DNA from: the human T2T-CHM13v2.0 reference genome, Homo sapiens
NCBI RefSeq assembly: GCF_009914755.1
Contig: NC_060926.1
Length of the DNA: 64,000 nucleotides
Reading direction: 5' to 3' (one strand)
In this document: one piece after another, positions 39,215-52,487 of the stretch
Position numbering within the stretch: the stretch's first letter is position 1
How the letters are laid out: every line of letters begins with the position of its first letter
Position numbers and translations under genes: made by a program
Notes under the pieces: generated by a model
What the model was told of the DNA's origin: nothing
Databases searched by the model: none
What the model saw: only the letters and a program-made list of their open reading frames with translations

Positions 39215-40844
39215 ACAATGATGCTGGAAGTGTGAATTTTTAGCCTCACATTCATGAAAACAAAGCCATATATCTGGGTTTTCAATTATAAAGGGGAAAG
39301 TAATGCACCAACAGTAATTACTCATACCTGATTATCCCAAATATTATCATAACAAGCATTATACTCCATTTTTTACAACTTTACTAGACTTCTCATCTCT
39401 TTAATAAATCATGAATCAACTATATTGTAGTTTCTAAACAATTACTTTGCATTATACAATATTAGAACTTTGTAAACACATTTTAAAAGTAGTATTCTTC
39501 TTATTCATATCTAACTTCTGATCTATGAGTAAATAGGCCCAAACTTTTACATCTTCCATTTATGTGTTCTCTTTTAATCTAAACCAGTTGAATTTTTCCA
39601 TTAATGTTTAACTCAAGAATTTCTATATTTTTCTCCTTGTCAAGTAACTCTCAATTCAAATGATCAACAATAAACCTCACTAAACCTCACAGTGCTCACC
39701 TAGAATTATGGTCTGAATAATTTGATAGAGTCTATTTTTTATTTCATCAGCCTGGTCATCAATGAACATATTTAACAACTGTATATGCCTTTGGAACATC
39801 ATTCAACATTTCCTTGACCCGCTGCTTAGGCCCAAGCTAACATTAAACCACTAATAATACTCTTGAAACTTTTTATTCTATGTGGATCTAAGTCTCAAAT
39901 AATTTCAACCACACACACCTCCATATCATGTGAAAATGAAGTCAATGCTGAGAGAGAGAAACAAAGTGTCTATTGCTTTAATCTATGCTTGTCATTGTGT
40001 CACAGTCCAGAGTATTCAGGTGAAATTAAATTGCTAATTTTGTTCAGTCATTTTGATGCTAAAATGATAGGAATAACACATGATTTCCCTGTTAGAGTCA
40101 AAAGGATGCTATAAATCACTACATTCTACAACATACAACTCTAAATGCATTGAATAGAACATAAATTTATAACGGGATTTACTGAACAGGAAAGAGGGCC
40201 AAGAAAGCACAGATTCTGACTTGAATAAGTAAAACACCTAGAGAAAGAAATCCCAGTCATCTTATTCTAAACACATCACTTCAGCAGAATTCCTCACAAA
40301 AACAAATCATAACATTAGTATTATTCATAGTTATTTGCAAAGTTTTAACAGATTAATGTCTTTTCCCATAAATACTGAAATAGTACCTAACCTGATTCAA
40401 TAAACAGCTGCAAACATTTCACTGGTTGACTAGGTTAAATTTAATTTTATGTGTTAATTTTTCATGTTTATCTCATATTTTATTTTTCTAGTTATATTTA
40501 CTTTTACCAAAGCCTCATACTGTTTTTCATATCACATAGGAACTCATTTCTTACAATAAATAATATATAAGGACTAAGATGATTCCAATGCAATTTTTTT
40601 TCCATTTGTATATAATTGCTTTATCTTAAAAGCAAACCCTGCATATTCTGTCTTCCAGAGAATAAAGAATAAGAAATCATTTTAAATTTATTTTGCATAA
40701 TTTGCTGTTAATGGGAAAAATTTAGGGGAAAAATATGGTTATATAGATGGGGCCACCAAACAAAGCATTATATACAGGTAGTTATTAACGAAATACAAAG
40801 GAATTAATGTCTCTAAGCTTAGTGCTCAAAAATAGAGAGTTAAA

Positions 40845-41065
40845 GCAAGTTTATTGGCCTCTGAACTAATGACATCATGGGGCTGGATAATTCTTTGTTG
40901 TGGGGACTATCCTGTGCATTGTGGAATGTTTAGCAGACTCCTGGCTGGCATACCAGTAGATCCCAGTAGCATGCCTCCTCTACCCAGTTGCGACAACCAA
41001 AAATGTCTCCAGACCTTGCTAAATGTCCCCTAAGGCACATAATTGCTCCAGATTGAGAACCACAG
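40845..41065. mobile_element. MER20 hAT-Charlie element
   Basis: ggctggataattctttgttgtgggg...gacaaccaaaaatgtctccagac...ttgagaaccacag. Confidence 0.88.
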
Positions 41066-41099
41066 GATAAAAGAGCTGTTAAACACAAAGATAGCTACC

Positions 41100-41106
41100 A
41101 TATATA

Positions 41107-41137
<31 letters not shown>

Positions 41138-41184
41138 ATATGTGTGTGCATATATATGTATGTGTGTATATATATACACACACA
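41100..41184. repeat. Compound TG/TA microsatellite
   Basis: Read directly. Confidence 0.9.
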
Positions 41185-41404
41185 TAGCGAAGTATAAGCA
41201 AGTGGAAGAAATCCTAAACCAGAAAAGTCTTGGTAATTTCGTAATACAAAGAAAAATGTTTTTTTCTTTTCTATCAATGCATCAGGTAATAGAAACCACA
41301 CCTTATTTCAACTCTAAAAGTCCTACTTTCATGGTATATAACAATGCAGTTAAAATGTATTGCATCATTTAATTTATTGTCTCATGATCAAGTACAGACA
41401 GAAC

Positions 41405-41985
<581 letters not shown>

Positions 41986-42009
41986 CTAACAGAGTTTTAT
42001 ACTTTATTC

Positions 42010-42110
42010 TATGGTTTTCAAAGTGGAGCAACTGTGCTCCCACAGGAGACATTTAGCAATGTCTGGAGACATACTTGGCTGTCACAACAGATGGAGAGGT
42101 ACTAGCTCAG
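42010..42110. mobile_element. MER20 fragment, inverted relative to the copy at 40845
   Basis: gagacatttagcaatgtctggagacatacttggctgtcacaac is the reverse complement of the MER20 segment at ~40988-41030. Confidence 0.75.
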
Positions 42111-44191
42111 ATACATAGCTCTCTGATACGGTGGCTTAATTTGGGCAAAGCTTTAAAAAATGGAGAAACTACCTAGACTTTAGCTAACATGCCGTAAATG
42201 TCACTTCTCTCGGACAATAAGTTTTTATAGTTTTGAAAGTGGCATGAAATTTAAAAATATATTTCTGGGTAAATAACAGGTATATAGTTATTCTCTATTA
42301 ACAGCTAAATTTGAAATGATATACTAAAATCACATAAGGGGAGTTAAGAAATTAGGTAAAATGAAAACTTTATCAAAGTTGATTTTAACTGGCTAATTTA
42401 AATCATTATATGTAAATTTAAAATGTAAATCCTAAAATAATTACTTTCTCAGCTAGAATTTCCCCAATCAATCTATGAATTTGGGTTCAAGATAAGTAAT
42501 TGTCCAGTTCTGAGACCAATATATCTGGAAAATGAAGGTCAGAAAATATATTTGAATTCTCCGAAAAAGATAGAGAGATAAATACAATGTATATTTTATA
42601 TTATCTATTAAGAAATTTAAGTTTGCAACTACATTTTAAAATGCATATTCTATCAGAAGTCCATGTACTAGAAAGCTTATTTAAGGTGATAATCAGTAAG
42701 CTTTTTGCTAATATTAATTGTCTAGACAGTTTAACTTCCATTTTAGAAACACACTCTCAGAAGTAGAGATAACCAGTTCTTTGTCACAGCAGATAAAAAG
42801 CTCACAGCCAAGAATACCAGAGCACTATTTTTGTCAGGTGCATATCAACATTTATGTTGTCACCCTGGGCCAGCAAAACATTTAACAGATGTGCTGTATC
42901 TATGTTTTCTAAGTATTTGATACCTATTTTTATATTTCCTCAATGATGGCCCCCCCCAAGAAAAGCCACAAATTGGCAAAGAATGTGAAGTAAAAACATA
43001 TTCTCTTAAAGCCAAATACATAATGTCCGGATTTTGTGTTTATGTGTATGTGTTTAATCTAGTTTAAGGTGACTCAATTTTCAAAATCAATTCACACTAA
43101 ACTTTGCTATCTTCCTTCATACCAAGCACTAAAACATTAAAATGTTTTAAAATATATTTAAAACATGAAATGTTTTAAATGTTTTAATGTTTTAAAATAT
43201 ATTTAAATGAAAGTTTGCATAAACTTTTCCTGAAACAATGATTCAAAACACCAACAACCATCATGCGAAAAAATATTGTCAAGTTATATTTGATGGAGGT
43301 TTACTGGTTATGGGACATAGTATGTATTTCTGTTACAGCACTATTGCAATGTTTCATAACTTTTCTAGATCTATCACACAATATGTGTTGAAACTTTAAT
43401 GCACAGGAAGGAGCCTACCATTTGTAATTCTGAGGGCCAAGGTACTTAGGAAAGAATGGAAATAATTAGGGACGGAAGGAAATAAATAATTAATAGACCT
43501 CAAAATGACTATTACTTTTATGAATACTAAGCCGCATTTACATTAAAATAAATATTTTTCTAGGCACTTTTGCAACAACATTCTTTTTATTGTACTTATT
43601 GAAAATAAAACCATGTGGTTTCTGATATATGAATTAGCTTGTCTTTGGAGTTGGCAGAACATGAACTTGTCTGGCACTGCCTTATCTAAAAGAGTCATAT
43701 CAGATAGGCCTAAGTGCTAACATTGTAAGATACAGTGTTGGGAAAAATGCTTTGGCAATCTTTCCAAAACACTTGACTCTCTCCTCATGGAAATAATAAC
43801 ACATTTCATTTTTGTAGAGATTTGATATGCAGATAAATGCCAAAGGAAGAAAAATGCAGTTATATTTTGCCTTTAATTTACCAAATCTTCAACGTATAAA
43901 TTATGACCTATATAATTGATTATAGTTATTTCAGAAGTGTCCATGTTTTCTAAGACTTCCGTTATTCTCTGCTGCTTTTAGTAAATAATTACAACTTTGA
44001 TAAGTGATTTCAAAATATTCCTAACTTTGTAATTTCAAAAAAAAGGGCATTGGGAATCACTAATATACCCAAAATGAACTCTGAGGAAATGACAGATATT
44101 GGAGTGTTGGATGGAATAGAAATAGTGTGACTTTATTTAATTGTTACACTTCCTTATACAACTCTTTCCTTTCAGATCTGAAGAACTAATC

Positions 44192-44411
44192 CAGGTTGAG
44201 CATCCCTTATTCAAAATGCTTGAGACCAGAACTGTTGCAGATATTTGATTGTCTAAAATTTTGGAATATTTGCAGTATGCAGTATATTTTTACCAGTTGA
44301 GGATCCCAAATCCAAAAATCAAACGATCATTTCCTTTGAGTGTCATATTGGTGCTCAATAAGTTTTGGGTTTGGGAGCATTTTAGATTTTGGATTTTGCA
44401 TTCTCAACCTG
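44192..44411. mobile_element. MER46/Tigger4-like TcMar MITE
   Basis: Terminal inverted repeats CAGGTTGAG ... CTCAACCTG and internal cagttgaggatcccaaatccaaaaatc. Confidence 0.8.
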
Positions 44412-45844
44412 AATATGAGAGAAATAACTGTCCATTTATTAATTTCAACATTTAATTAATTCAGTATATAAAATATGAATAAGTTTTAGTGGTCTGGTCT
44501 TTTAAGGGGGGAAAGTTCAAGAATCACTAACATTTTATAATATAGATATTTTAAAGTAGAGCTTAAAGGCACCTCCAGTCCATACAGCTATTTTTAGGTG
44601 AAATAGCATTCAATTCCTATTTTTATATATGTTGGATGGATGGAGGGGTATTTTGTCATTTTATGTATAAACCAATGAACTATAATGCTTAGTGTCAAGA
44701 AACAGTTTAGAACTCAAAAAGAAAATAAAATTTTTATTTTATAATCAAGTAACTTTCCTCCAAAAATGTCACAGGAAAAGGAAGATCGTGATAGTCTGTC
44801 ATTGAAACTGAGCTCATACCCTCAAGTGAAACACCTGGGTGCTTCATTACCAAATTCATGTCTTTCCTATTCTGAGAAACATCCTCCAAGAGGATCACCT
44901 ATTTTGGTAAGGCACCTACTTATAGAGTCAGATATTATCACATATAGCTGCTGGAAAGTGTGGCCACAATACCTCAAATATTATCACTTGCCATGAGTTA
45001 AAGTTTCCTCAAAATCAGCACAGGAAGATGAGAGTGAAGTTAAACACATATTCATTAAAGAAGACTGAAAAGAAAAGAAAGGGATTAGTGTTATTACTTA
45101 CAGCTAATAATGAGAAACAGTTAATCGTGTATCAAAAAAGAAAATAAACTATTGTTTTAAAACTCAAATTCGTAACACATCGTCACATTCTGAGAAGCAA
45201 GGAACATCTGTTATAGAATGTGAAAAAATTATTTCTAAAAATAAAAATGTAAAAATAGAAGAAAGTAAACATCTAAATTCAGTGGACAGACTTGGTCAGA
45301 AATAGTTTCAATGCCTAGGGCCACCGTGTACTGCAGGAACTGGTGGCATTACTGACAGTCTATGTTTTCCTTCAGTGTGCACAGTCTGCCATTTCAATCA
45401 CACAATATTCAGTTCTGTCCTAAGCAAAACCTGCTTTTAAAAAACGATTCAAAACCTGCTCATAATAAAATTAATGACAGGCAATGAAACTTCTGTAATG
45501 ATAATCCAAGACTTAGGCAAAGAAGTAGGAACTATAACTGGAGTATTTAGTGAAGTTTTTAACCAAAACTCCACTAAATTCACATAAAGAAAGAGAGCGG
45601 AATCTATGAAGAAAGCCAGTCTGTGTGTGGTGGTCCTATAGGTGGACCTCTGCTTTCACAAACATGATATGATTGTCAATATTTTATTTCGAAAAGGATA
45701 TAATGATTTGTGTCTCAAAAGTGGTGACACGAATATAGGTATCATGAGGTGATATGTCACAAAATGTCTTCTGAAGATGGAGACATTAATTTACATTTTT
45801 TAGAATAGAAGAGTTGTAATTGTTCACCAGGTTTTATACCTGGG

Positions 45845-45927
45845 CTGTTAATCACTAGTCACATGTGGTATCTAAATTCAAATTTAAGTTAAATAAACAA
45901 TATAAAACTAAGAGTTCAACTTCTTAA

Positions 45928-45969
<42 letters not shown>

Positions 45970-46066
45970 CAAGTGTTTGACAGCCCTGCTGTGACTAGCG
46001 ACTACCATATTGGACAGTGTACATATTGGACATTTCCACACACTGGAAAGGTTTATTGAACAACAG
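45845..46066. mobile_element. MER3/MER33-like element hosting a (CA)18 microsatellite (45929-45964)
   Basis: cactagtcacatgtgg...ttcaagtg...gactagcgactaccatattggacag. Confidence 0.75.
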
Positions 46067-46086
46067 TTGTTCTAAAATGTATACAA

Positions 46087-46578
46087 TTGTTACCAATTAG
46101 GAATACATTTGGCTAAAAGTAACAGAAAACCTGACTAACAGATTAAAATAAGAGTTAAGTTTTCTGTCATAGTAAGTGCAGGGGTTAGCACTTATTGATA
46201 TTGACCTAGATGGGAACTGATGTCCCCAAGAAAGCAGATTCTTTTAGTATTTCCTTAGTGCTGTGAAGTCTGCCCTTATGCTTTTTATTTCCTGGATGCA
46301 AGAAGGCTGCTGCAGATACAGATATTCTTGCACATTCAAAACCAGAGGAAAAGTAGAAAAGGGAGTAGAAGTTGCAGTTATCCTGTAGTAAAGCAATTGC
46401 TTTCCTAAAAATATCCCATAAACTTCCACTTATATCTTGGCCAAAACTATATCTTATAGTTGCTCTAGGAAATGTTCCCAAGAAGACTGGGAAAGCAATC
46501 CCAGCAAAATCAAGGTTCTGTTAATAAGGAAGAAGGGGAAAATAGATTTGGAAAGGCAACTCACCATGCTCATCACAG
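46087..46578 (-). mobile_element. Old MLT1 (K/L-like) MaLR LTR
   Basis: ttaggaatacatttggct...agtaacagaaaacctgact...caaaatcaaggttctgtta...aaggaagaagggg...aggcaac. Confidence 0.7.
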
Positions 46579-47639
46579 GCTTCCTGAAGATTTGTCCTTG
46601 AAAAAAACAACTTGATGAAAAAATGAACAAAGGTAAATATAGTTCCTTCCACAGAAAAAACTTTTAAAGAGGAATTTTAAAATCAATGCTTAAAAATTAA
46701 CCTCTTTTTTTTCTGCCATGTGAAGAAGTACAGTTTCTAAATGCAAAGAACTTCCAAGTTATTAGTTAGTGTAAGGCATTCCAACAAAAAGTGCTATAAT
46801 CAAAGTAGATTAATACTTCCAATATGCTCTCATGTTTTGATTAATTATGTGTGATATATTCTTTATGTGGTATAATATAGAAATGAATTTTCCTAGCTGA
46901 CAACATAACTATTTAGTTAAAGAATTTGGGCTAAGACCTTAGAGTGTAAAGCTATCCATTTACACAAGAATAGTTTCCTTAAGAGGAAAAATACGAGGTT
47001 TTCCCTCTTTCCCTTAGTATGTTTACTATGGAATAAATATTGCATGAGATGAATTCCAAGAACATAAGCAAATGTTTTGCTGTCTTTAATACTAACATGG
47101 AAAGATATAGCAACTATTCTAGAAAGTTCTGCGTAAAAAATATTTAAAACATGTGCCAACTAAAAGAGATATTGAATGGCTCAAAAGTAATAAGACAAAG
47201 ACATTAAGATTATATTCCCTTCATATCAGACATTTTCCCTATTAATATTAGAAAATTGTAAAGCGATATTAAGTCGTTCAAATCTTTCATGAGTTCTATG
47301 ATCAGTAAAACACAAATATTTATGTCATGAGTTTATAAAATTGCCTACTATTCTTAGAATGACACAAGTTTTCAAGAAATACACATCATAAAGAAGCATA
47401 TTAAGTAAACTATAAATAAGGTGACAAATTCAAAATAAAGACTGTAAAATAATAAAAAAAATGCACATTGTCAAGACTTGCAATAAGGCTGACTTTAGAT
47501 AATCTGCATTGACACTGTGTTCTAATGAGTAAAAATATGATCCCACTTTGAAATAAAAAGCAAGCAAGGTGCAAATGGAAAATGACCTGCACACATATCT
47601 CCATGGAGCAGGGAAGGGCTATTATTATCAGCTAGTGGG

Positions 47640-48074
47640 TATTACTGGCTGAATCATATCCCCCTCCAAATTCATGTATTGAAGCCCTAATCCCCAGTAC
47701 CTCAGAATGTGATTGTACTTGGAGATTCTACTTGGAGTATGTACTTGGAGCCTTTAAAGAGGTGATTAGGTTAAAATGAGGCCATTAGGGTGGGTCCTAA
47801 TCAAACCTGACAGGTGTCCTTATAAGGAGAAGAAATTAGGGCAGAGACCCTAGGGATGTGCAGGCACCAAGGAAAGACCACAGGAAGACACAGAAAGAAG
47901 GTAGCTACCCACAAGACACAAGAGGGGCCTGAGCAGAAATCAAAACTGCCAATGCCTTGATCTTGGACTTGTAGCCTCCAGAACTATGGTAAAATAAATT
48001 TATGTTGTTTAAGCTACCCAGTCCATGGTTAAGCTACCCAGCTGTTGTTATGGCAGCTTTAGCAAACTAAAACA
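47640..48074 (+). mobile_element. MLT1B MaLR solo LTR
   Basis: ccccagtacctcagaatgtga...gccttgatcttggactt-tagcctccagaact...aataaattt...gcaaactaaaaca; TSD-like GTGGG/GTGAG. Confidence 0.9.
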
Positions 48075-48204
48075 GTGAGAATGACAGAGAACAGAATGAA
48101 TTTCTGAGTTGCTTCAAACAGTGTGTCTTTCAGAGCTGATGACATTAATTTGATTTGATTTATAATATAAAATTTGAGTTGATCATTCCCCACAAGTTTT
48201 TAAG

Positions 48205-48345
48205 CAGTGCTGTGCAATATTTTGCCATTGGCTATGTGTAGCTGGGTAAATTCAGGTTAATTAAAATTAAATAAAATAAAAAAATCAGTTCTGTCACCAT
48301 GCTAACCACGTTTCAAGTGTTTAATAACCACAATAGCTATTGGCA
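48205..48345. mobile_element. MER3/MER33-like fragment
   Basis: taattaaaattaaataaaa...tcagttct...ctaaccacgtttcaagtgtttaataaccaca. Confidence 0.55.
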
Positions 48346-48549
48346 AGAAAGTAGTCATTTTTTTGTCTTTCTACACTTTTTCCACTAATGGAGCATATAA
48401 TCAAAGCATGTATAAACATCTTCGTTGCTATGTATTATACTGAGATAATCATGTTGCTAAGGTCATACATTGCAAATGACCCTCACATAAATGAATTAGC
48501 ACAGTGTCATCTTTTCAAACACAGAAAGACTTTATAAAACAATGGTAAT

Positions 48550-48982
48550 AAATCAACCTAAATGTCTATCAGTGGTAGACTGGATAAAGAAAATGTGATA
48601 CATATACACTGTGGAATACTATGCAACCATAAAAAAGAAGGAGATCTTATCCTTTGTGGCAAGATGAATGGAGCTGGAGGTCATTATCTTAAGCAAACTA
48701 ATGCTGGAAAAGTAAACCAAATAGCACATGTCCTCATTTATAATTGGGAACTAAACAATGAGAACATATAGACAAAAAGAGGAAGACAACAAACACTGGG
48801 GCCTCCTTGAAAATGGAGGGTAGGAGGAGGGAGAGGATCAGAAAAGTACCTATCAGGTACTATCCTTTGTACCTGGGTGATGAAATAATCTGTACATCAA
48901 CATCCCAGGATGTGAGTATACCAATGTAACAAACCTGCACATGCACCCCTGAACCTAAAATAAAAGTTAAAAAAAAAAAAAA
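48550..48982 (+). mobile_element. L1PA15/16-like 3' end (ORF2 tail, 3' UTR, poly(A))
   Basis: caacctaaatgtctatcagtggtagactggataaagaaaatgtg...aacctgcacatgcacccctgaacctaaaataaaagtt(A)n; accounts for ORF 48562..48771. Confidence 0.92.
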
Positions 48983-49222
48983 CACTTTATTTTAGATTGA
49001 AAAAAACAAAGAAAAGAAAAAGAAATAATCAAGACAAAAATCTTGACCAACAGACCAGAAGTTCTTCTTTGGGGAAATAAAACTAATAATTTATTACAAA
49101 ATGTTTATCAAGCTAGTTGAAATTTCAAGTTTAAAAAATCTTAATGTTTGATATATTCTTAGATTCATTAAATGAAGTATGCAAATGTATATGTGTAAAA
49201 CCATAGAAATAAAATGAATTTA

Positions 49223-49540
<318 letters not shown>

Positions 49541-49889
49541 AATAAATTGAATTATAATTTACTTTAACAGTAGCACAATTTTTTTTCATGGGCAAATTAA
49601 ATCACTCTAAACCAACGAAAATGAAAATGAAAATATCCTTCCTTAGTAAAATAACTGTTAAAAATCCTTTTACTGTGGTGAGTTGCCTGGAATACTGGAA
49701 ACTTTCCCTACCCCCACCTCACAATTCTAATTTCATGTTTTTCTGTGTCAAATGCAGCCGTCAGGACCAGTTCTAGGGGATAATTGTTTTTGTTAGGCTT
49801 TGAATTCTCTGGCAATAAATGCATGTCCTTAAACTTTAATGATTTGGGGCCCACTAAAAATCATGAAGTGTTATACAAATTATCAGAGA

Positions 49890-50130
49890 TTTTGTATCAT
49901 TATACAATACAAAATACAAAATAATTTGTATCATTATACAAATTATTATAAAAGATATACAAATGTATATAATATATGCAAATATGTATATAATATGTAC
50001 AAATGTACGTATTATACATATATGTGCTGTATATAATACATACAAATAAAATTTGTATAAAATATTATATAAATAAAAGTATACAATATAAACAAATATT
50101 TTATAATATATACATATATAAAATACAAAT
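49890..50130. repeat. AT-rich low-complexity / degenerate TATA-TACA repeat
   Basis: Read directly. Confidence 0.75.
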
Positions 50131-50429
50131 TATTTCCTAGACAGATATAATCTACACTAGCTTTTTCCTATTAGTTTCCTCTGTACCTTCTGAAAATTTG
50201 TACTCTAAATTTTCTTTCTAAAAATTTGTACTTTAAAAATCTATGTGATGTGTCTGAAAGTGCTCACTAGAACACAAAGCTGATAAATGTTGAAAAAAGA
50301 GGAAAGAAATCTACACTCAAATACATTTAGTAGTACAGTGTGTAAAAGTGTGTGTATGGGGAAATAAATTATGAAACATCAGGCTGTAGAGTTAAGTGGG
50401 CACCAGATCATAAGACTCATGGGACAGAC

Positions 50430-50750
50430 TAAATAAATGTCCCCTGTTACACTTGAAACCATGTAACTAAATCTGGCCACTCAACTACAAGCAGAAATAA
50501 CTGTTGTAACTTCTGGACCAGTGCAGTTAAGAAGCAGTGCACCTCCTTAATTCCTTTCTTCTTCTTATACAGGGACTTGGGAGTCCACATGTGCTAGATG
50601 GTGTAGCCACAGGATGGAGAAGAGTAGCTGACCTATACTGAACATTTCAATGAGTGAAAAATAAACCTGTGCTGTGTTAAGCTTCTGTTCCATTTCAGAA
50701 TATTTCCATCGCTACAGGATTGATCTCTTACCTGGCTCATCCTTACCAAT
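50430..50750 (+). mobile_element. Old MLT1 (I/J-like) MaLR LTR
   Basis: ccatgtaactaaatctggcca...agatggtgtagccacaggatgga...tgagtgaaaaataaacctgtgctgtgttaagc. Confidence 0.65.
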
Positions 50751-52389
50751 GAAGGCTCTTCATATTTTTTATTCTACTGAGATATTTGTAATTAGTCTTT
50801 TTTCACATGCACTTGATTAATCAAAATTATACATAATTATTGTATAAGTGAGGTTTAAAGCAACTGTCCCTAAGCAGCTTCATACAGGTAAATGTCTACA
50901 GTCAGGAGCTGGCAGCAAGTTTGAATCTAGGTCATGTGATATTTTTGAATGATTGAAGAGCTGTGAGACTCCTGAGGTGCTTTGCAATTATTAATAGGTC
51001 ATAAGGAAAGGCGGCCAAAGCCTGAGCATGAGGGGTGCCACATGAGAGAAGGGTAGCAAATGTAAATTTCTAGATCTCATGAGGTGGCCTACCAACTGGT
51101 ACTACATAATCTCAGCAATATATTTACATGCAATACAAAGGTGTACACATAAAGTCCATGTTGACATATTTACACATACACACTAGGAAATAACTTGGAT
51201 CTTCCTGGGTATCTCATTCTTACACCAGCAATTTCAAAAGAAGCAATGCTTTTTATCTTTAGACCTGACTTCCAAATCTGTTTACAGACAGAGAGTGAGG
51301 TGAGCTATTGTTCTTGAAAACCAACACTGCCATTATGAAGTATTTCTGAGACCAACAGACCCTTTCATGGTAGCTTTCATTTACAGAAAGAGAAGCAAAA
51401 AAGGTAATTGAAGAGAAAGTAGGTAAAAATCTGTTGAAGTTTCCAAGTGGCTTTTACCAACTTAAGTTGGGTTTGGAAATACTTATATATCTGCTGGTTC
51501 TTTTTTTCTTTTCCTTTGTTTTATTTTCAGGAGGCCCCTATTAGCTATATATTAAATACAGATACTCGTGTTAGGCTTATGAGTGCTACAATGTTAAATA
51601 AGGCCCAAGTCCCTGTCCTGAGGGAACAATGTAAGAGGGCACATGTGACCTTGATATTTAATTTAAATTGCATATTTTTAGATTATTGTCTATTATATCT
51701 ATTAGAGTTGTCTTGAATAGTTTTACAATAAAATGTGACCAGTCAGTATTTAAATAATACAAGTTATATTTTCAACTTCAACTATTTATGCTATCTATAC
51801 TTCATAGTACATAAACTCCATTGCACTTAGCACTTTGTGTATAATTTTACCTTGTATTTTATAACTAAGACTACTACATCTTTGGTAAAATTATCAAGAA
51901 TAATAACAGTTTATTATTATCTAGACCCTAGGGTTTTGTACTACAGTATTGGGCTATAAGCAAACTATCAGCTCCATAATAAACTTTAGAATGAGCTTCT
52001 GCATGGTGAGGGGAAACATGGTTTGAAGTAAACTATGAAGTTTGCTCCCTTTGGAAATAAAAGGGTCTTGATCTACAAACCTACTGAAGTCTTTAAATAG
52101 TCATTGTATGTTGAGTGGCACTTGGCCCAGCTTTGGCTTAACAGCTATGGAAAAATCCAGGGGAGATAAGAAATCACCGTGCTAAAACTTTAAGGCATAG
52201 CAAGGCTGCTCGTTATTGTAATAGTTATGAGCCTATTTTTCCCAGCTTCTCCATAAAAGACATTTTAAAACCTTGCATATCATTGCAATATGCTCATAAA
52301 TAAACAGGTAGTCATCTTGTCAGTATGGAGTTTATTATAGGTTGTAACTAAAACGTATCCTTTAAAGGGTATATGTTATATTAACTGTG

Positions 52390-52487
52390 ATAGATATATA
52401 TGCATGTGTGTATTTATGTATATATGTATATGCATGTATGTATATATGTGTGTATGTGTGAGTGTGTATATATATGTGTATATATAT
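52390..52487. repeat. Degenerate TA/TG microsatellite
   Basis: Read directly. Confidence 0.85.

Noticed and set aside
38900-39325. ORFs at 38900, 39116 and 28835
   Set aside because: Antisense translations of THE1 LTRs
41043-41372. 109-aa ORF rich in YMCVCV, and similar ORFs at 41095, 52362, 49839 and 49854
   Set aside because: Microsatellite or low-complexity translation
44820-44872. Possible ~52-nt minus-strand exon (NRKDMNLVMKHPGVSLE)
   Set aside because: Short polypyrimidine tract and no corroboration; cannot be told from a chance pseudo-exon
48562-48771. ORF resembling the L1 ORF2 C-terminal region
   Set aside because: Decayed fragment of a truncated L1, not a functional CDS
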